DNA of 64,000 nt from an uncultured Methanoregulaceae archaeon (GCA_963717525.1 OY970343.1:1408001-1472000), one strand, 5' to 3'. Counted from the stretch's first letter, positions 41,366 to 53,224 are shown. Numbers and translations are program-made. The notes: generated from the letters alone by a model not told the origin.

Positions 41366-41851
41366 TCAGGGTGAGATCCCAAGGGTCGGATAGGCAGACT
41401 TCTGCGGGCCGGCGTTCCCGAGGATACTGTTCAGTTTATCGATAATCGTCCCGAGTGAAGGGGGGATATCCGTATCCTGGGCAGTCACCGTTTTACCCAT
41501 ATAACTGACTGTATAGGTCATCAGGCCCGGGCTCTGGTGAGGGGCAGGGTAGTTGGCCTGCAGCTGCGAGAACGCTGACTCATTGAACAGCACGGAAATA
41601 AGCGCAAGGTCCGTGGCATTCAGCGATATCTCGGTACTGGTCGATTTCCCGGAGATCACCGCTACCCCGTTATTGAAGATCACCAGGCGATCATTGAGAC
41701 TGGCAACACCGCCGGTCCGGTGGTAATCAACGAGTATTGAAGGCGGAGAGGTTTGGTTGACCGGAAGGGACCTGGTTCCAAGGCACCCGGCACCCGCGAG
41801 TACGAGAACGAGAAGAAAAAGAGGGACGATAGGGATTACTTTAATACGCAT
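41366..41851 (-). CDS. Hypothetical lipoprotein
   Basis: LAGAGC lipobox; YHRTGGVA motif. Confidence 0.7.
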   Translation of the reverse strand: MRIKVIPIVPLFLLVLVLAGAGCLGTRSLPVNQTSPPSILVDYHRTGGVASLNDRLVIFNNGVAVISGKSTSTEISLNATDLALISVLFNESAFSQLQANYPAPHQSPGLMTYTVSYMGKTVTAQDTDIPPSLGTIIDKLNSILGNAGPQKSAYPTLGISP

Positions 41852-41890
41852 CACTCCGTAGGGTTCACCAGGATTTCCCTTTTTTTTGGG

Positions 41891-42220
41891 TTATAACTGG
41901 ACAACATCCGTTTTTTTGGTTTTTGCTGCCGATTTACGTTCAGGAAAGATTTCCTCAAGGGCTTTTACCAGACTGTCCGCCTTTTCATTGTTGAAAACCG
42001 CACGGAATGCAGCAAGTTCCGTTGCATTCATAATCATGATCCCTTTCTTCTTCATCGGGAGCCTGTTTTCCCCGAGAGGGTTGATATCGATCGCAAGCGA
42101 CGCCGGGCGGTTTTTTGTTGCAGGGAGACGGATGATGGAGACCCCGGCAAGTGTGGTTGCTTTTCGTTCCCAGTCTCCGCCTTCTTCGATAAAGGCCCTG
42201 AGGGTTTCAGTTAATTCCAT
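41891..42220 (-). CDS. Conserved hypothetical archaeal protein
   Basis: MELTETLRAF..DWERKAT..INP..PMKKKG. Confidence 0.7.
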   Translation of the reverse strand: MELTETLRAFIEEGGDWERKATTLAGVSIIRLPATKNRPASLAIDINPLGENRLPMKKKGIMIMNATELAAFRAVFNNEKADSLVKALEEIFPERKSAAKTKKTDVVQL

Positions 42221-42382
42221 GAGAAGAACTGTTAATTTATATATTAAAAGGCTATCCGTTCCATCGTGAAAATAAAAAAAGTCCCGCAATTCCCGGAACA
42301 GGTGATGCCCGCAGAGTCCACGTTATCAGTGCCCGTTATTCTAAAAAGTTTAAAAGCAGATATCTGACCGGACAATTCCATC

Positions 42383-43273
42383 ATGCCAAAGATCACGCTT
42401 CGCCGTAACCAGCCGTTCTCTCTCGACCAGACGCTCGGGTGCGGGCAGGTTTTCCGCTGGGACCGCACGCCGGATGGCGGCTGGTGCGGCGTCGTGGGCG
42501 ACCGGGTGATCCGGTGCCGGCAGAAAGGCGCAACCCTGACCTGCGAGGGCGCGGACGAGACATTTATCCGGCACTATTTCTCCCTTGACCTTGATCTGGA
42601 GGCAATACTGGAATCGATTGACTGCGACCCGTTTATCCATGAAGCGATCGGGCGGTGCAGGGGCCTGCGGCTGGTGCGGCAGCCCGCGTGGGAATGTCTC
42701 TGTTCGTATATCTGCTCAACAAATTCCAACATCCCCATGATTCGGCGCCGGATCGCAACCATTGCGCAGCAGTTCGGCGACGAGACGGGAACGGGAGATG
42801 CGAAGTCCTTTTCGTTTCCCGATCCGTCAAGGATCTCCTGCACCGGGGGATCATCCTCTCTCGCGGAATGCAGGCTCGGGTACCGCACACCGTACGTATT
42901 CAATACGGCCGTGGACGTTGCGGCACGAAGAGACTGGGCAGAACGCATTGCCGCGCTGCCGTACGAGGAGGCCCGCCGGGAGATAATGAAATTCCCCGGT
43001 ATCGGCCCCAAGGCAGCGGACTGTGTCCTGCTCTTTGCATTCCAGAAGTACGAAGCATTCCCGGTCGATGTCTGGATCCGCCGGATAGTACGGGAGCACT
43101 ACCTCCCAGCACTCCCGCAAAACACGGCCCTGACCGGCAGGGAGTACGACGCGATACGCGCCTTTGCCCGAGAGCATTTCGGTAGGTATTGCGGGATTGC
43201 ACAGGAATATATCTACGCTGCGCGGGAAGGTAATAAAGACCTGAGTCGTCCCATATTCATCCCATATGTGTGA
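42383..43273 (+). CDS. ogg: 8-oxoguanine DNA glycosylase (HhH-GPD)
   Basis: LDQTLGCGQVFRW, LGYR, PGIGPKAADC, FPVDVW. Confidence 0.9.
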   Translation: MPKITLRRNQPFSLDQTLGCGQVFRWDRTPDGGWCGVVGDRVIRCRQKGATLTCEGADETFIRHYFSLDLDLEAILESIDCDPFIHEAIGRCRGLRLVRQPAWECLCSYICSTNSNIPMIRRRIATIAQQFGDETGTGDAKSFSFPDPSRISCTGGSSSLAECRLGYRTPYVFNTAVDVAARRDWAERIAALPYEEARREIMKFPGIGPKAADCVLLFAFQKYEAFPVDVWIRRIVREHYLPALPQNTALTGREYDAIRAFAREHFGRYCGIAQEYIYAAREGNKDLSRPIFIPYV

Positions 43274-43314
43274 AAACCCGGGCCCCCGGCGTTTTCCCTG
43301 AGATCCTGATATCC

Positions 43315-44223
43315 ATGCAATATCTCCCCTTTCACAAACTGCCAAAACCGGTCATGGCGATCGCAGGTGCTACCATCCTTTTTGGGACGGCAACACCGCT
43401 TTTGAAGATTCTTGTCGACGGGATGGCCCCCCTGTTCCTCATTGCCCTCCTCGCCCTCGGGTCAGGTACCGGCGTACTCAGCTGGCGGATGATGAACGGT
43501 CCCCGCTTACCTGCGACACTGCCTCGTGCCGGTAAGAGGGAGCGGTATCTCCTTGCAGGTACTGTGGTCGTCGGAGGTTTTGTGGCGCCCGTCACCCAGT
43601 GTTTTGCCCTCACCATCACCCCGGCGGCGACTGCGGCGCTTCTCTTAAACTTCGAGATCGTTGCAACCGTCCTGCTTGCGTTCTGGGTCTTCCATGAACC
43701 GGCCGACAAACGGATCGGTTTTGCCCTCATCCTCATCTTTGCCGGGAGCATCCTTCTTGGCTGGAACGGTGAGAGTGCGCTCGGTATTTCCCTGGGAGCG
43801 CTCGGGATCATCCTGTCGGGATTTTTCTGGGGCATAGACAACAACTGCATGGCGCATATCACGGCCTATCCCCCGGAGCTGATCGGGCTGTACAAGGTGA
43901 TCTTTGGCGGGAGCATAGCAGCGGTACTCGTGATCGTGCTCGGGGAGCCCCTGCCGGGTGCAGACCTGATCGTGCTTGCCCTCCTCACCGGGTTCTTCTC
44001 CTTTGGTTTTGGTCTTATCCTGTTTATCGTGGCCCTGCGGGACATGGGTGCGGCACGGGCAGGGGCGATCTACTCGGCAGCCCCCTTTATCGGCTGCATT
44101 GCCTCGCTCTTCATCTTCTCCGATCCTCTCGGAAGCCAGTTCTGGCTTGCCGTGCCCCTTTTTGCCGCAGGGGCGCTGATCGTTATCCGCGAACAATGGA
44201 CACGAAAAACGTTCCCCGAATAA
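43315..44223 (+). CDS. DMT/EamA family transporter
   Basis: About ten TM helices; LLLNFE, WGIDNN, GAARAG. Confidence 0.88.
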   Translation: MQYLPFHKLPKPVMAIAGATILFGTATPLLKILVDGMAPLFLIALLALGSGTGVLSWRMMNGPRLPATLPRAGKRERYLLAGTVVVGGFVAPVTQCFALTITPAATAALLLNFEIVATVLLAFWVFHEPADKRIGFALILIFAGSILLGWNGESALGISLGALGIILSGFFWGIDNNCMAHITAYPPELIGLYKVIFGGSIAAVLVIVLGEPLPGADLIVLALLTGFFSFGFGLILFIVALRDMGAARAGAIYSAAPFIGCIASLFIFSDPLGSQFWLAVPLFAAGALIVIREQWTRKTFPE

Positions 44224-44358
44224 ACACGATTTGGAGGAAAAGAATAGTAAGAGTTCACTTTTACAGGGACAACGAGATAGCACAATCACCGAATATTTAA
44301 TTTCTCGACAAAGGTAAAAATATAAAAATATTTAAAACATAAAAATTGAATTCAGGTC

Positions 44359-45651
44359 ATGAAAACAGCTGTTTTTCCAATACTCCTTTTTTTGATCCTT
44401 GGTGCAGCGATTATTTTCTCCGGTTGCACGGACAAGGCAGGCCCCTCTCTGCCTCAGAGCCCGGCAACGACAACGCCCGTTCCTCATGTAACGCATCCAG
44501 ATACTTCCAATAACGACATCAGCGTAAGTGATGCAAATACCCGGTTCGCATTTGATCTCTACAAAAAATTAAGTGGTGACCCGGCACATTCCGGAACAAA
44601 CCTTGTCTTCTCACCTTACAGTATTTCCTCGGCAATGGGTGTCATGTACGAAGGGGCACAGGGCCAGACCGCAGATGAGATTCTCTTAGTGTCCCATCTT
44701 CCGGAGAATGATACCATGCGCAGGCAGGAATTTTCCAAAATTTATGAGGATATGAACCATCAGGATGCCAATATTACCGTACTTTGTGCAAATGCGTTAT
44801 GGGTTGAAAAATCATACCCCCTCCTTCCGGAATATACCCAGACCATCCAGCAATATTACTCCACAAACGTAACGAACCTCGATTTTGCGGGCCATCCCGA
44901 TGATGCCAGAATAACGATTAACCAATGGGTTGAAAGTAACACAAATAACAAGATCCATGAGATTATCTCTCCCGGGGATTTAGATGCTCAAACAGCAATG
45001 GTGTTCACAAATTCAGTGTATTTCATGGGTGCCTGGGAATCCCCTTTTGATAAGACACAGACATTTGATACAAATTTTACCATCGCACCGAATACCACCG
45101 TACCTGTGATGATGATGGCTAAAGCAGATTTAACTGCAAATTTCAATTATACAGAAACCGGGGATTTCCAGATGATTGAGATCCCGTACAAATACTCTAA
45201 TGAAACTGCATTATCGATGTTTGTCCTCCTTCCGGTAAACAATAATCTGACCGCCGCAGAGGATACGTTAAGTGCCCCGACCTTTTTAAATATGGAGGAA
45301 AATCTCTCGCGAGAAGAGAAACACCTCTTCCTGCCCAGATTCAGGATTGACACCCGTGAGGATATTTCGGGTACTCTTCAGACAATGGGGATGCCAACAG
45401 TATTTACATCAGGGGCAGATTTCTCTAAAATTACTCCGAATTCCGGGATTTATGTTAAAGAAGTCACCCATGACGCCGAGATTGAGGTAAACGAGGAAGG
45501 CACCGAATCGGCGGCAGCGACACAGTTTATTTACACACTGGGAATAGAACCAAACTTCATTGCCAACCATCCGTTCATCTTTATTGTACAGGACAGGGAA
45601 AACGGCAATATCCTCTTCATGGGGCGCGTGATAAATCCCAATACTACCTAA
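44359..45651 (+). CDS. Serpin-family lipoprotein
   Basis: FSGC lipobox; NLVFSPYSI, INQWVESNT, NSVYFMGAW, EEGTESAAAT hinge, FIANHPFIF, LFMGRV.NP. Confidence 0.95.
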   Translation: MKTAVFPILLFLILGAAIIFSGCTDKAGPSLPQSPATTTPVPHVTHPDTSNNDISVSDANTRFAFDLYKKLSGDPAHSGTNLVFSPYSISSAMGVMYEGAQGQTADEILLVSHLPENDTMRRQEFSKIYEDMNHQDANITVLCANALWVEKSYPLLPEYTQTIQQYYSTNVTNLDFAGHPDDARITINQWVESNTNNKIHEIISPGDLDAQTAMVFTNSVYFMGAWESPFDKTQTFDTNFTIAPNTTVPVMMMAKADLTANFNYTETGDFQMIEIPYKYSNETALSMFVLLPVNNNLTAAEDTLSAPTFLNMEENLSREEKHLFLPRFRIDTREDISGTLQTMGMPTVFTSGADFSKITPNSGIYVKEVTHDAEIEVNEEGTESAAATQFIYTLGIEPNFIANHPFIFIVQDRENGNILFMGRVINPNTT

Positions 45652-45671
45652 AAAATAGTTAGTTCGGGGTT

Positions 45672-46898
45672 TTATGTCCCGATATCCCAGCTGCACTGGT
45701 ATTGCTTCTGGGCCGCGGTCAGCTCGTCGATGGTGAGACCAAGCGACGCAAGTTTGAGCCGGGCGACCTGTTCGTCGATCTCCTGCGGGACTTCGTAGAC
45801 CCCGCCCTTAAGGGAATCGCCCTGCTCCGCGATATACCGGGTGCAGAGTGCCTGAAGGGCGAAACTGAGGTCCATGACCTCGACAGGGTGGCCCATGCCC
45901 TTTGGCGTTGCAAGGTTCACGAGCCTGCCCTCGGCGAGAACATGGACCGGTTTTCCCTTGATGATATAGCTGGTAATCCCGTCACGTTCGACTGTCGAAT
46001 CCGCGTGTTTTGCAAGCCACGCAATGTCGATCTCGACATTGAAGTGGCCGGCATTTGCGAGGATCGCACCTGCTTTGAGTTTCCCGAAATGATTCTTTCC
46101 GATTACGCTTGTGTTGCCCGTGGTCGTGACAAAGATATCGCCGATCCCCGCTGCCTCGTCCATGGTCATGACATGGTACCCGTCCATGTGCGCCTCAAGG
46201 GCACGGCGGGGATCCACCTCGGTGACCACGACCTTGGCGCCAAGGCCGTGGGCTTTCTTTGCAAGTCCCCGGCCGCAGTAACCGTACCCGGCAACAACGA
46301 AGTATTTGCCGGCGATAAGCGTATTTGTGGTGATCATAAGAGAGGAGAGCACACTCTCCCCGGTCCCGTGCACGTTGTCAAAGAACCGTTTCATCGGCGT
46401 GTCGTTGACCGCAACAACGGGAAACTCGAGTTTTTTCTCTGCCGCCATCGCACGGAGCCGGTGGATGCCGGTTGTAGTCTCCTCACAGCCACCGATCACT
46501 TTCTTGAGCATCTCGCGGCGTTTGGTGTGCAGGTAATGGATGAGGTCCATCCCGTCGTCTATCGTGATGGACGGAGCGGCATCAAGCACCTGTTCGATCG
46601 CCACGTAGTACTCCCCGATAGTGCACCCGCGCTTTGCGTAGCAGTGGACGTTTTTTACCTCGTTCAATGCCTCTGCCACATCGTCCTGCGTCGAGAGCGG
46701 GTTGCAACCGGTGATGTAGACCTTTGCACCCCCGGCAGCGAGCGTCTGGACGAGGTTTGCCGTCTTTGCCTCCACATGGAGGGCCATGCCGATCGTCATG
46801 CCCTTGAAGGGCTTGTCCTTCTCGAACTGTTTTCTGATGGAGGCAAGCACGGGCATGTACTGTGCTGCCCAGTCAATCTTCAGCTTCCCGGTACTCAT
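45672..46898 (-). CDS. ahcY: Adenosylhomocysteinase
   Basis: CNPLSTQDD, EETTTG, FDNVHGTG, NAGHF, GRLVNL, GHP. Confidence 0.97.
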   Translation of the reverse strand: MSTGKLKIDWAAQYMPVLASIRKQFEKDKPFKGMTIGMALHVEAKTANLVQTLAAGGAKVYITGCNPLSTQDDVAEALNEVKNVHCYAKRGCTIGEYYVAIEQVLDAAPSITIDDGMDLIHYLHTKRREMLKKVIGGCEETTTGIHRLRAMAAEKKLEFPVVAVNDTPMKRFFDNVHGTGESVLSSLMITTNTLIAGKYFVVAGYGYCGRGLAKKAHGLGAKVVVTEVDPRRALEAHMDGYHVMTMDEAAGIGDIFVTTTGNTSVIGKNHFGKLKAGAILANAGHFNVEIDIAWLAKHADSTVERDGITSYIIKGKPVHVLAEGRLVNLATPKGMGHPVEVMDLSFALQALCTRYIAEQGDSLKGGVYEVPQEIDEQVARLKLASLGLTIDELTAAQKQYQCSWDIGT

Positions 46899-47048
46899 GA
46901 AAAACACCTGTGCAGTACCCCGCATGAGGCAGGTACCGCCCGACAACGTACCCGGTACATAAGGTGATGATGGCACATAAACTTCCCCTCGAAGGGAGGG
47001 GTGCTGGCAGATAGGTAAATAGCACTTGCGGGAGAAAACAAGAATGAA

Positions 47049-47855
47049 ATGGTGCTGACGCGACGGATCATCCCCTGCCTTGACTTAAAGGACGGCCGGG
47101 TCGTAAAAGGGACAAATTTCCTTGGCCTCAGGGACGCCGGGGACCCGGTGGAACTTGCCGGGCGTTACAACGAGCAGGGCGCCGACGAAGTGGTATTTCT
47201 TGATATTACTGCATCCAAGGAAAAACGCGGCATTATCATTGAGCTCATCCAGCGTGCAGCCGACCGGCTCTTCCTGCCGCTCACCGTCGGGGGCGGGCTT
47301 CGGTCGCTTGACGATATCCAGCAGATCCTCCGGGCAGGCGCCGACAAGGTGAGCCTGAACACGAGCGCCGTGCACGATCCCACGCTTATCACCAGGGGCG
47401 CTGAATCCTTCGGGACGCAATGCATCGTGGTCGCGATGGATGTCCGCCGGAATTTCACGCCGAACCCGGCGGCAGTGCCGGTCCGGTTGTGCGACGGAAG
47501 TACCTGCTGGTACGAGGTGGTCATCTATGGTGGGAGCAAACCGACCGGGATAGATGCAGTGCGCTGGGCAAAAGAGGCCGAGGAACGGGGTGCCGGCGAG
47601 ATCCTCCTGACCAGCATGGAGACCGACGGCACGAAGAACGGGTTCGATATTGCAATCACCCGCGCGATCTCAGAAGCGGCAAATATCCCGGTGATTGCAA
47701 GCGGCGGGGTCGGGACGCCCGAGCATTTTTACGACGGGTTTACCCGGGGAAAAGCGGATGCCTGCCTTGCGGCAAGTGTCTTTCACTACGGCGAATTTAC
47801 TGTTCACGACGTAAAAGAGTATCTTACCGGGAGGGGTATCCCGGTACGGCTCTGA
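47049..47855 (+). CDS. hisF: Imidazole glycerol phosphate synthase cyclase subunit
   Basis: RIIPCLD..RVVKG, LTVGGG, PVIASGG. Confidence 0.97.
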   Translation: MVLTRRIIPCLDLKDGRVVKGTNFLGLRDAGDPVELAGRYNEQGADEVVFLDITASKEKRGIIIELIQRAADRLFLPLTVGGGLRSLDDIQQILRAGADKVSLNTSAVHDPTLITRGAESFGTQCIVVAMDVRRNFTPNPAAVPVRLCDGSTCWYEVVIYGGSKPTGIDAVRWAKEAEERGAGEILLTSMETDGTKNGFDIAITRAISEAANIPVIASGGVGTPEHFYDGFTRGKADACLAASVFHYGEFTVHDVKEYLTGRGIPVRL

Positions 47856-49452
47856 GATCAAGCTCAAATGCCGCTACCGGCTGTTCCAGTTCGAACGCGG
47901 TGAGCACGGCAGGATGGATCTCGCCAAATACGCCCACTTTGTTACCGGCGACAACAATATCCGCCCGCCTTCCCTCGATGAAGGCCGCATCGGCGGACAC
48001 TTCCGCGCTGTACGCGATCCCCAGCTCGCGGAGCACGGCGTCGGCATGGGCGTAGGCTTCCGAGAAATCCGCCGCCGGGTGGGTGCTGACAAAAGCCAGC
48101 CGCTGGGTTGTGCGGAGATCAGAAAGCGCATCGCCGGTTGCAAAGAGCCGCTGCGGGAGTTCCCGGTGCCGGTTGACCTGGAGCATCTCCAGGAGGAGCG
48201 GCAAAATATCCGTTCTCACCACCGTATACTCCTCGCTTATCGGGTGCATGAGGTGGAGGGTGGAAGGGGAACGGGGGCGCTGCAGCTGATCGCAGAGCAC
48301 CCGTTCATTTGTCAGCGTAAAGGGCATCATCTCCAGGTACCCGAGCCCTGCGAGAATGATGCGCACCTTTGTCGCAATCGCATTTACCGGGTGTTCCGTC
48401 CCGATGGAGAACGTTGGCGGTACCTCCACGGCGAAGTTCTCGTACCCGTAGGAGATCGCGACATCCTCGAAGAGATCCCAGTCGTGCATGATATCGGCCC
48501 GGTAGCAGGGCACCTGAACCCTGACCCGGCCGGACCCGGCCGGCTGTGCGCCAAACCGCATCTTTTCGAGCAGCCCTGCCATCTGCGAGGCGGTCAGTTC
48601 GACCCCGATGAGGTCGCAGCACTCCCTGACGCTGACCATGCGTTCCGTCGGGGCGAGATCGGGAAAAGGAGCGCCGTTGATCTCCACGCTCTCTATGGTT
48701 GCGCCGGCTTCGGCCATGGCGGTGCAGATGATGTTTGCCGCAACATTGACCGCACGCTGGTCGGTGCCGGTCACGTCGAGGAGAATGTTTTTCGTTCCGG
48801 TTGTCACCCGGGTCCGTTCGCCGTTGATGATCGGCGGGAACGAGCAGACATGGTCCTCGTCGTCAGTGATCAGGGGAAAGAGCGGGAAGTCCCTGACGAT
48901 CTTTGCATAGTCCCGGCCCTTCGGGTGCTGTTCAAGGATGCCGTCAAGGGTGAGCTCTTCGGTGAAATCAAGCGGGACAAATGTCCTGCCCCGGGGCGAA
49001 GCCACGTAATGGAACGGCGGCACGACAGTGTCAAGGTCATGGATGCCGATGGCAACCTTGCTCCTGCCCCTCCCGACCGCCCAGTGCAACGCTTCCTGGA
49101 GGGCCATGACCGAGAGGATGGACTCATCGTCGAAGGCGACGTTCCGGATAACGGCAGACGCAAGGCAGGGCCGGATCGCGTCCAGCTTCGGATCAATGGT
49201 GAAGCGGATTCCGGAAGGTCTGACCGAATATTTCGGCAGTCCGGTCTCGATCCCCAGAAACCCCCTCATCGCCCGGGCCACACCTTCGACCGAGAAGAGA
49301 TCGGGGCGGTTGGGGAAGAACTCGACGTCCGCGTGGTCCTCCTCCAAGCGTTCGACCTCGGAGCCGATCATCGGGAGGCGTTGTAAGATCGTTTCACAGC
49401 CGGTGCCGGTGAGCCGTTCGAGGTATTTGTAGGGCAGGCTGATGATCGCCAT
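47824..49452 (-). CDS. pheT: Phenylalanine-tRNA ligase beta subunit
   Basis: [30 protein letters not shown]. Confidence 0.96.
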   Translation of the reverse strand: MAIISLPYKYLERLTGTGCETILQRLPMIGSEVERLEEDHADVEFFPNRPDLFSVEGVARAMRGFLGIETGLPKYSVRPSGIRFTIDPKLDAIRPCLASAVIRNVAFDDESILSVMALQEALHWAVGRGRSKVAIGIHDLDTVVPPFHYVASPRGRTFVPLDFTEELTLDGILEQHPKGRDYAKIVRDFPLFPLITDDEDHVCSFPPIINGERTRVTTGTKNILLDVTGTDQRAVNVAANIICTAMAEAGATIESVEINGAPFPDLAPTERMVSVRECCDLIGVELTASQMAGLLEKMRFGAQPAGSGRVRVQVPCYRADIMHDWDLFEDVAISYGYENFAVEVPPTFSIGTEHPVNAIATKVRIILAGLGYLEMMPFTLTNERVLCDQLQRPRSPSTLHLMHPISEEYTVVRTDILPLLLEMLQVNRHRELPQRLFATGDALSDLRTTQRLAFVSTHPAADFSEAYAHADAVLRELGIAYSAEVSADAAFIEGRRADIVVAGNKVGVFGEIHPAVLTAFELEQPVAAFELDLRAVPGYPSR

Positions 49453-49453
49453 G

Positions 49454-50908
49454 TTACGCCTTCCTCGCGGCCGCTGCCGGCGCATGCACGGGGCTGTTCC
49501 GGATCCATTCGAGGTCGCTCTGGTACAACTGCCGCAGGTCCTTCAGGCCCAGTCGCAACATGGCGACCCGGCTCACGCCGAGACCCCATGCGAGCACAGG
49601 GCACTGCACGCCCCATGGTGCGGTGACTTCCTGCCGGAAGACGCCGGCACCACCCATCTCGACCCAGCCAAGACCGTCGACCCAGATCTCGGGCTCGACC
49701 GAGGGTTCCGTGTATGGGAAAAAGCCCGGACGGAACCGGACATCGGAAAAGCCCATGCGCTGGTAGAACTCTTTTAAGAAACCGAGCAGGTGGCGGAAGG
49801 TGACGGCCTTATCCATCACGATCCCTTCGAGCTGCTCGAATTCTGGTGTGTGGGTGGGATCGATTGCTTCCCTGCGGTAGACCCTGCCGATACAGAACGC
49901 CTTGACCGGGGGCTCCGGGTGGGTGGCGAGGTACTGGATCGAGAGGCTGGTTGTATGTGTACGGAGCACGCACTGCTTTGCTTTTTTGGGGTTCCACTTC
50001 CCGCCCCAGCCGGTCGAGGAGGTGTCCCCGCCATGCTCGTGCATATCGCGGAGGCACTCCCACCCTTCAGGGAGCGGTGCTTCCTCCCTGAGGTAGAAGG
50101 TATCCTGCATCTCCCGGGCCGGGTGATCCTGCGGCTGGAAGAGGGCATCGAAGTTCCAGAACGCGCTCTGGACGATCTCCCCGTGCATCTCGGTAAAGCC
50201 CATTTCGAGAAGGATAAGGCGCATTTCGTCGATGAGTCGCTGGTACGGGTGGGACTTTCCCGGGTACACGGTTTTGGGCAGTTTTTTGATATCATACCTG
50301 CGCAGGTTTGCTGTCTTCCAAACGCCGGAGAGGATCTGATCCCGCGTGAGCGTGCCGATCTCTTCTTTGAGGTCAAGGCCCTGCTTTGCAAGAGCGATGC
50401 CATCGGCGGTAATGGAAATGGCATACCGGACAGTCTCGGATTCTGCGAGTATCCCGCGCTTGATCAACTCTTTTGTATGGGGTTCACCAGAAACCGGATT
50501 TCGCAATGAGGATTCTTCTGCTTTCGTTGATGTACCTTCATTTTTTATTACGACGGACCCCTCTACACGAATGAATCCTTTCTTCCGCAGCTGGCCAAAC
50601 CCGATTTTGAATGCAGGATGACCCTGAAGATCAGCAAGCGTTGTACCCGGTTTGATAAGGTGAAAGATCTGAGTTTCGGGCAGGCCGCTTTGCAGGTAGA
50701 TCTTACCTTCATCAGTGTATTCGAACGCTTTCTCAACAATCCGCTCGACTTTTGCAAGCCCCTTATCTTCGGCAAGATGCCCCCACTGCACAACTGCTTC
50801 AGGTGTCGCATTCAGGAAAGATGCAAGATGTTCCGCATCAGCCTTCTTCTCCTTTACCAGCGCAGCAAGCAGCCGTTTCTCGTTTAAGGTCAGTTCCGCC
50901 ATCGCCAC
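49454..50908 (-). CDS. pheS: Phenylalanine-tRNA ligase alpha subunit
   Basis: [35 protein letters not shown]. Confidence 0.97.
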   Translation of the reverse strand: MAMAELTLNEKRLLAALVKEKKADAEHLASFLNATPEAVVQWGHLAEDKGLAKVERIVEKAFEYTDEGKIYLQSGLPETQIFHLIKPGTTLADLQGHPAFKIGFGQLRKKGFIRVEGSVVIKNEGTSTKAEESSLRNPVSGEPHTKELIKRGILAESETVRYAISITADGIALAKQGLDLKEEIGTLTRDQILSGVWKTANLRRYDIKKLPKTVYPGKSHPYQRLIDEMRLILLEMGFTEMHGEIVQSAFWNFDALFQPQDHPAREMQDTFYLREEAPLPEGWECLRDMHEHGGDTSSTGWGGKWNPKKAKQCVLRTHTTSLSIQYLATHPEPPVKAFCIGRVYRREAIDPTHTPEFEQLEGIVMDKAVTFRHLLGFLKEFYQRMGFSDVRFRPGFFPYTEPSVEPEIWVDGLGWVEMGGAGVFRQEVTAPWGVQCPVLAWGLGVSRVAMLRLGLKDLRQLYQSDLEWIRNSPVHAPAAAARKA

Positions 50909-52165
50909 TCACACCTCAATCGTCTCTGCCGCCACGTCCATCTTCTCCCGGAAATCCTTTAAGAATGCCACGACGCGCTCTGCGGTCTCCTTCTTGCACT
51001 GCCCGCAGGTGATCTCTCCCGACCTGCACTTCCGGTGGAGCTCCGCAAGTTTTGCATCGTCGGTGATCATGTGGAACATGTTGAGGAGGTAGAGCGTGCA
51101 CTTTTCCGGCTCGCCGCCGAGCCTCCGTTGTTCCTCAAGCGTCATCCTGCCGCCGGTAAGGCCGCTCATCACCTTCTTTCGCACTGCCGCCTCAGGCTCG
51201 TAGAACGAGATGATGCTCTCGGGAATGCTCGACGACATCTTGCCGCCGGTGAGACCGGGCAGGAAGATGTGGTAGGTGGAGGAGGGGGTGTAGAACGCAT
51301 AACCCCCGCAGGCCCGTTCGATCTCCCGGACCTTTGCGCTCACATCGGCGCATCCGGCACCTGTGATGTCCACGTGGCCCTCGTATTTTTTCGCGTGCGG
51401 GAACGCCTTTTTTATCGCATCGAGCGCCGCATCGGGGGCGTTCTTCGAGCGCACGCTGATGTACCCGTCCCGCTCCTCAACCGTGAACATCCGGAACTTG
51501 TGGGCGATCCCCCGGGTGAGCCGGATATGGGGATCCTGGTCGATCCCCACTGGCACCAGCGTCGGGGCCGGCTCCCGCTCGACCTGAGGGTACAGGATAT
51601 CTGCCACCTGCGTAATCACGCTGTCCGCGTGGGCGAGCGCGGTCTCGGGGGAAAAACCGTAGATCGCGGTGAGTTCGGAGAAGTTCACCTTGGTTGCCGC
51701 TTCGAACGCAAGGTCCTTGAGCCGCTCGTTTTTGCTCTGGAAATAGGTCTGGCCTTCAAAGCCCAGGGCAAACAGGCAGGAGAGGTACTCCTTCCCGTAC
51801 TCCCGGCATTTCTCCCATGAAAGACCACGGACGGCAAAAGCTTCCCGGTCAGCAATCGTCACGTACCCGTTGGCACCCTGCTGCACGTGCCAGACGATTT
51901 CCCTCATGAGCATCAGGTGGCCGAGGTGAGGGTGGCCACTCGGCATGAACCCGGTCAGCAGATGGAACGGTGTATGGTTCCGGATCGCGCGGGCGATCGG
52001 GAGGTAATCCCGCTGGCCGACCACGATGCCCCGGCGCATGAAGTACGGGATCTCGGGCAGCTCGGGCAGCACCGGGGCGATCGGGTCGATGCCGAACTCG
52101 GCAAACATCTTCTCGACATCAAGCGAAGGGGTGCTTGACCAGGGATTGATCGGTGATTCTGGCAT
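50909..52165 (-). CDS. trpS: Tryptophan-tRNA ligase
   Basis: PSGHPHLGH, GIDQDPH, KMSSS. Confidence 0.95.
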   Translation of the reverse strand: MPESPINPWSSTPSLDVEKMFAEFGIDPIAPVLPELPEIPYFMRRGIVVGQRDYLPIARAIRNHTPFHLLTGFMPSGHPHLGHLMLMREIVWHVQQGANGYVTIADREAFAVRGLSWEKCREYGKEYLSCLFALGFEGQTYFQSKNERLKDLAFEAATKVNFSELTAIYGFSPETALAHADSVITQVADILYPQVEREPAPTLVPVGIDQDPHIRLTRGIAHKFRMFTVEERDGYISVRSKNAPDAALDAIKKAFPHAKKYEGHVDITGAGCADVSAKVREIERACGGYAFYTPSSTYHIFLPGLTGGKMSSSIPESIISFYEPEAAVRKKVMSGLTGGRMTLEEQRRLGGEPEKCTLYLLNMFHMITDDAKLAELHRKCRSGEITCGQCKKETAERVVAFLKDFREKMDVAAETIEV

Positions 52166-52216
52166 ACCAGGTACCCTCACAGGAACCGTTTTGGGGGAAT
52201 GTTTGAGGATTTCATT

Positions 52217-53224
52217 TCAGAGTTTTATCCGGGCGAATTCGACGAACTGGATTCCGGTAGTATGTACACAGCCAAACAACATCTTCTTTTTGACACTGTG
52301 CGCCATCCTGACCGACCGGGAGATGACGCTCATGGGAAGGTCTGCCTCTTTTTCTATCGCATGCACCAGCATGTCGGAGTGAACATTCTTTCCGCAGTAA
52401 ACGCGGTAGTGATGGCCGAACTTATAACCGGTCCGGGGAATAAAATCGTGCCGGCGCAGCTCGGTATAGACCTTGTCTTTTGCGGCAAGATCCTGGTCGC
52501 TCCCGCTTGCGAATGCGAAAAACTCCTGAGGGGTCAGCGGGGCGCCGTCTTTTGAGACCCGGATCGTTCCTTCGCCCATCAGGTACAGAAGTTCGACCGG
52601 CGAGATCATCAGCCGTTCTTCATCGAACCGTTTCCCGAAACCGGCCTTCTCAAGGTCGGACCCCGGGGGTACCAGGATCATCGCAGACTTGCCCACCAGC
52701 ACCGCATCGCAGGAACCGATTTCGGAGGGTGCACAGGCACCGGTCAGTTTCTGGAGCTTGATCTCGTAATAGGTCAGTTCCTCTTCATCATCGACAACTG
52801 CAAGGACATACTGCTTGCGCATGTTCCGTGCAGTGATCACTTCCTCAATCAGTTTGGTAAACCGGATCGGGTCGCGTTCCGAAAGGACGCGGACGAGGTA
52901 CAGCGACTCCCCGGTCCCCGGCTTTTCTCCGCGCCGGAATACCCGGTAATCGTGGGGGCCGGTCTGGACGACATACCCGCGTTCCCGCAGGTCGCGGTAG
53001 ACAAGAAAACTGCGCAGGAAGTTGCGCTGGTCCGCATATTCGGCAAGGAGCGTATCGAACGTATAGTCAGAAATCTCTATCCTGTGGCGGTGGAGCAGGT
53101 ACAGGGCCTCCTGCGGCGCAAGGCGTATTCCATCGCCTTCGGGCCGCCCGTACCCGCTCTGGTCGTACAGCACCCGCCCGTCCCTGCCGGTCAGCACCGA
53201 AGTGCCTTCAACTGTCGCCTTCAC
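52217..53224 (-). CDS. endA: tRNA-intron endonuclease (homodimeric type)
   Basis: Two repeats; VYRDLRERG, TGYKFGHHYRVY, RMAHSVKK. Confidence 0.93.
   Translation of the reverse strand: MKATVEGTSVLTGRDGRVLYDQSGYGRPEGDGIRLAPQEALYLLHRHRIEISDYTFDTLLAEYADQRNFLRSFLVYRDLRERGYVVQTGPHDYRVFRRGEKPGTGESLYLVRVLSERDPIRFTKLIEEVITARNMRKQYVLAVVDDEEELTYYEIKLQKLTGACAPSEIGSCDAVLVGKSAMILVPPGSDLEKAGFGKRFDEERLMISPVELLYLMGEGTIRVSKDGAPLTPQEFFAFASGSDQDLAAKDKVYTELRRHDFIPRTGYKFGHHYRVYCGKNVHSDMLVHAIEKEADLPMSVISRSVRMAHSVKKKMLFGCVHTTGIQFVEFARIKL

Noticed and set aside
46899..46990. SAH/SAM riboswitch upstream of ahcY
   Set aside because: Only weak hairpins; no recognisable aptamer consensus.
45702..49386. Long antisense ORFs (45702-46967, 47914-49386; likewise 30159-31424, 34099-35016)
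   Set aside because: Shadow frames of well-supported genes on the opposite strand in GC-rich DNA; no motifs.
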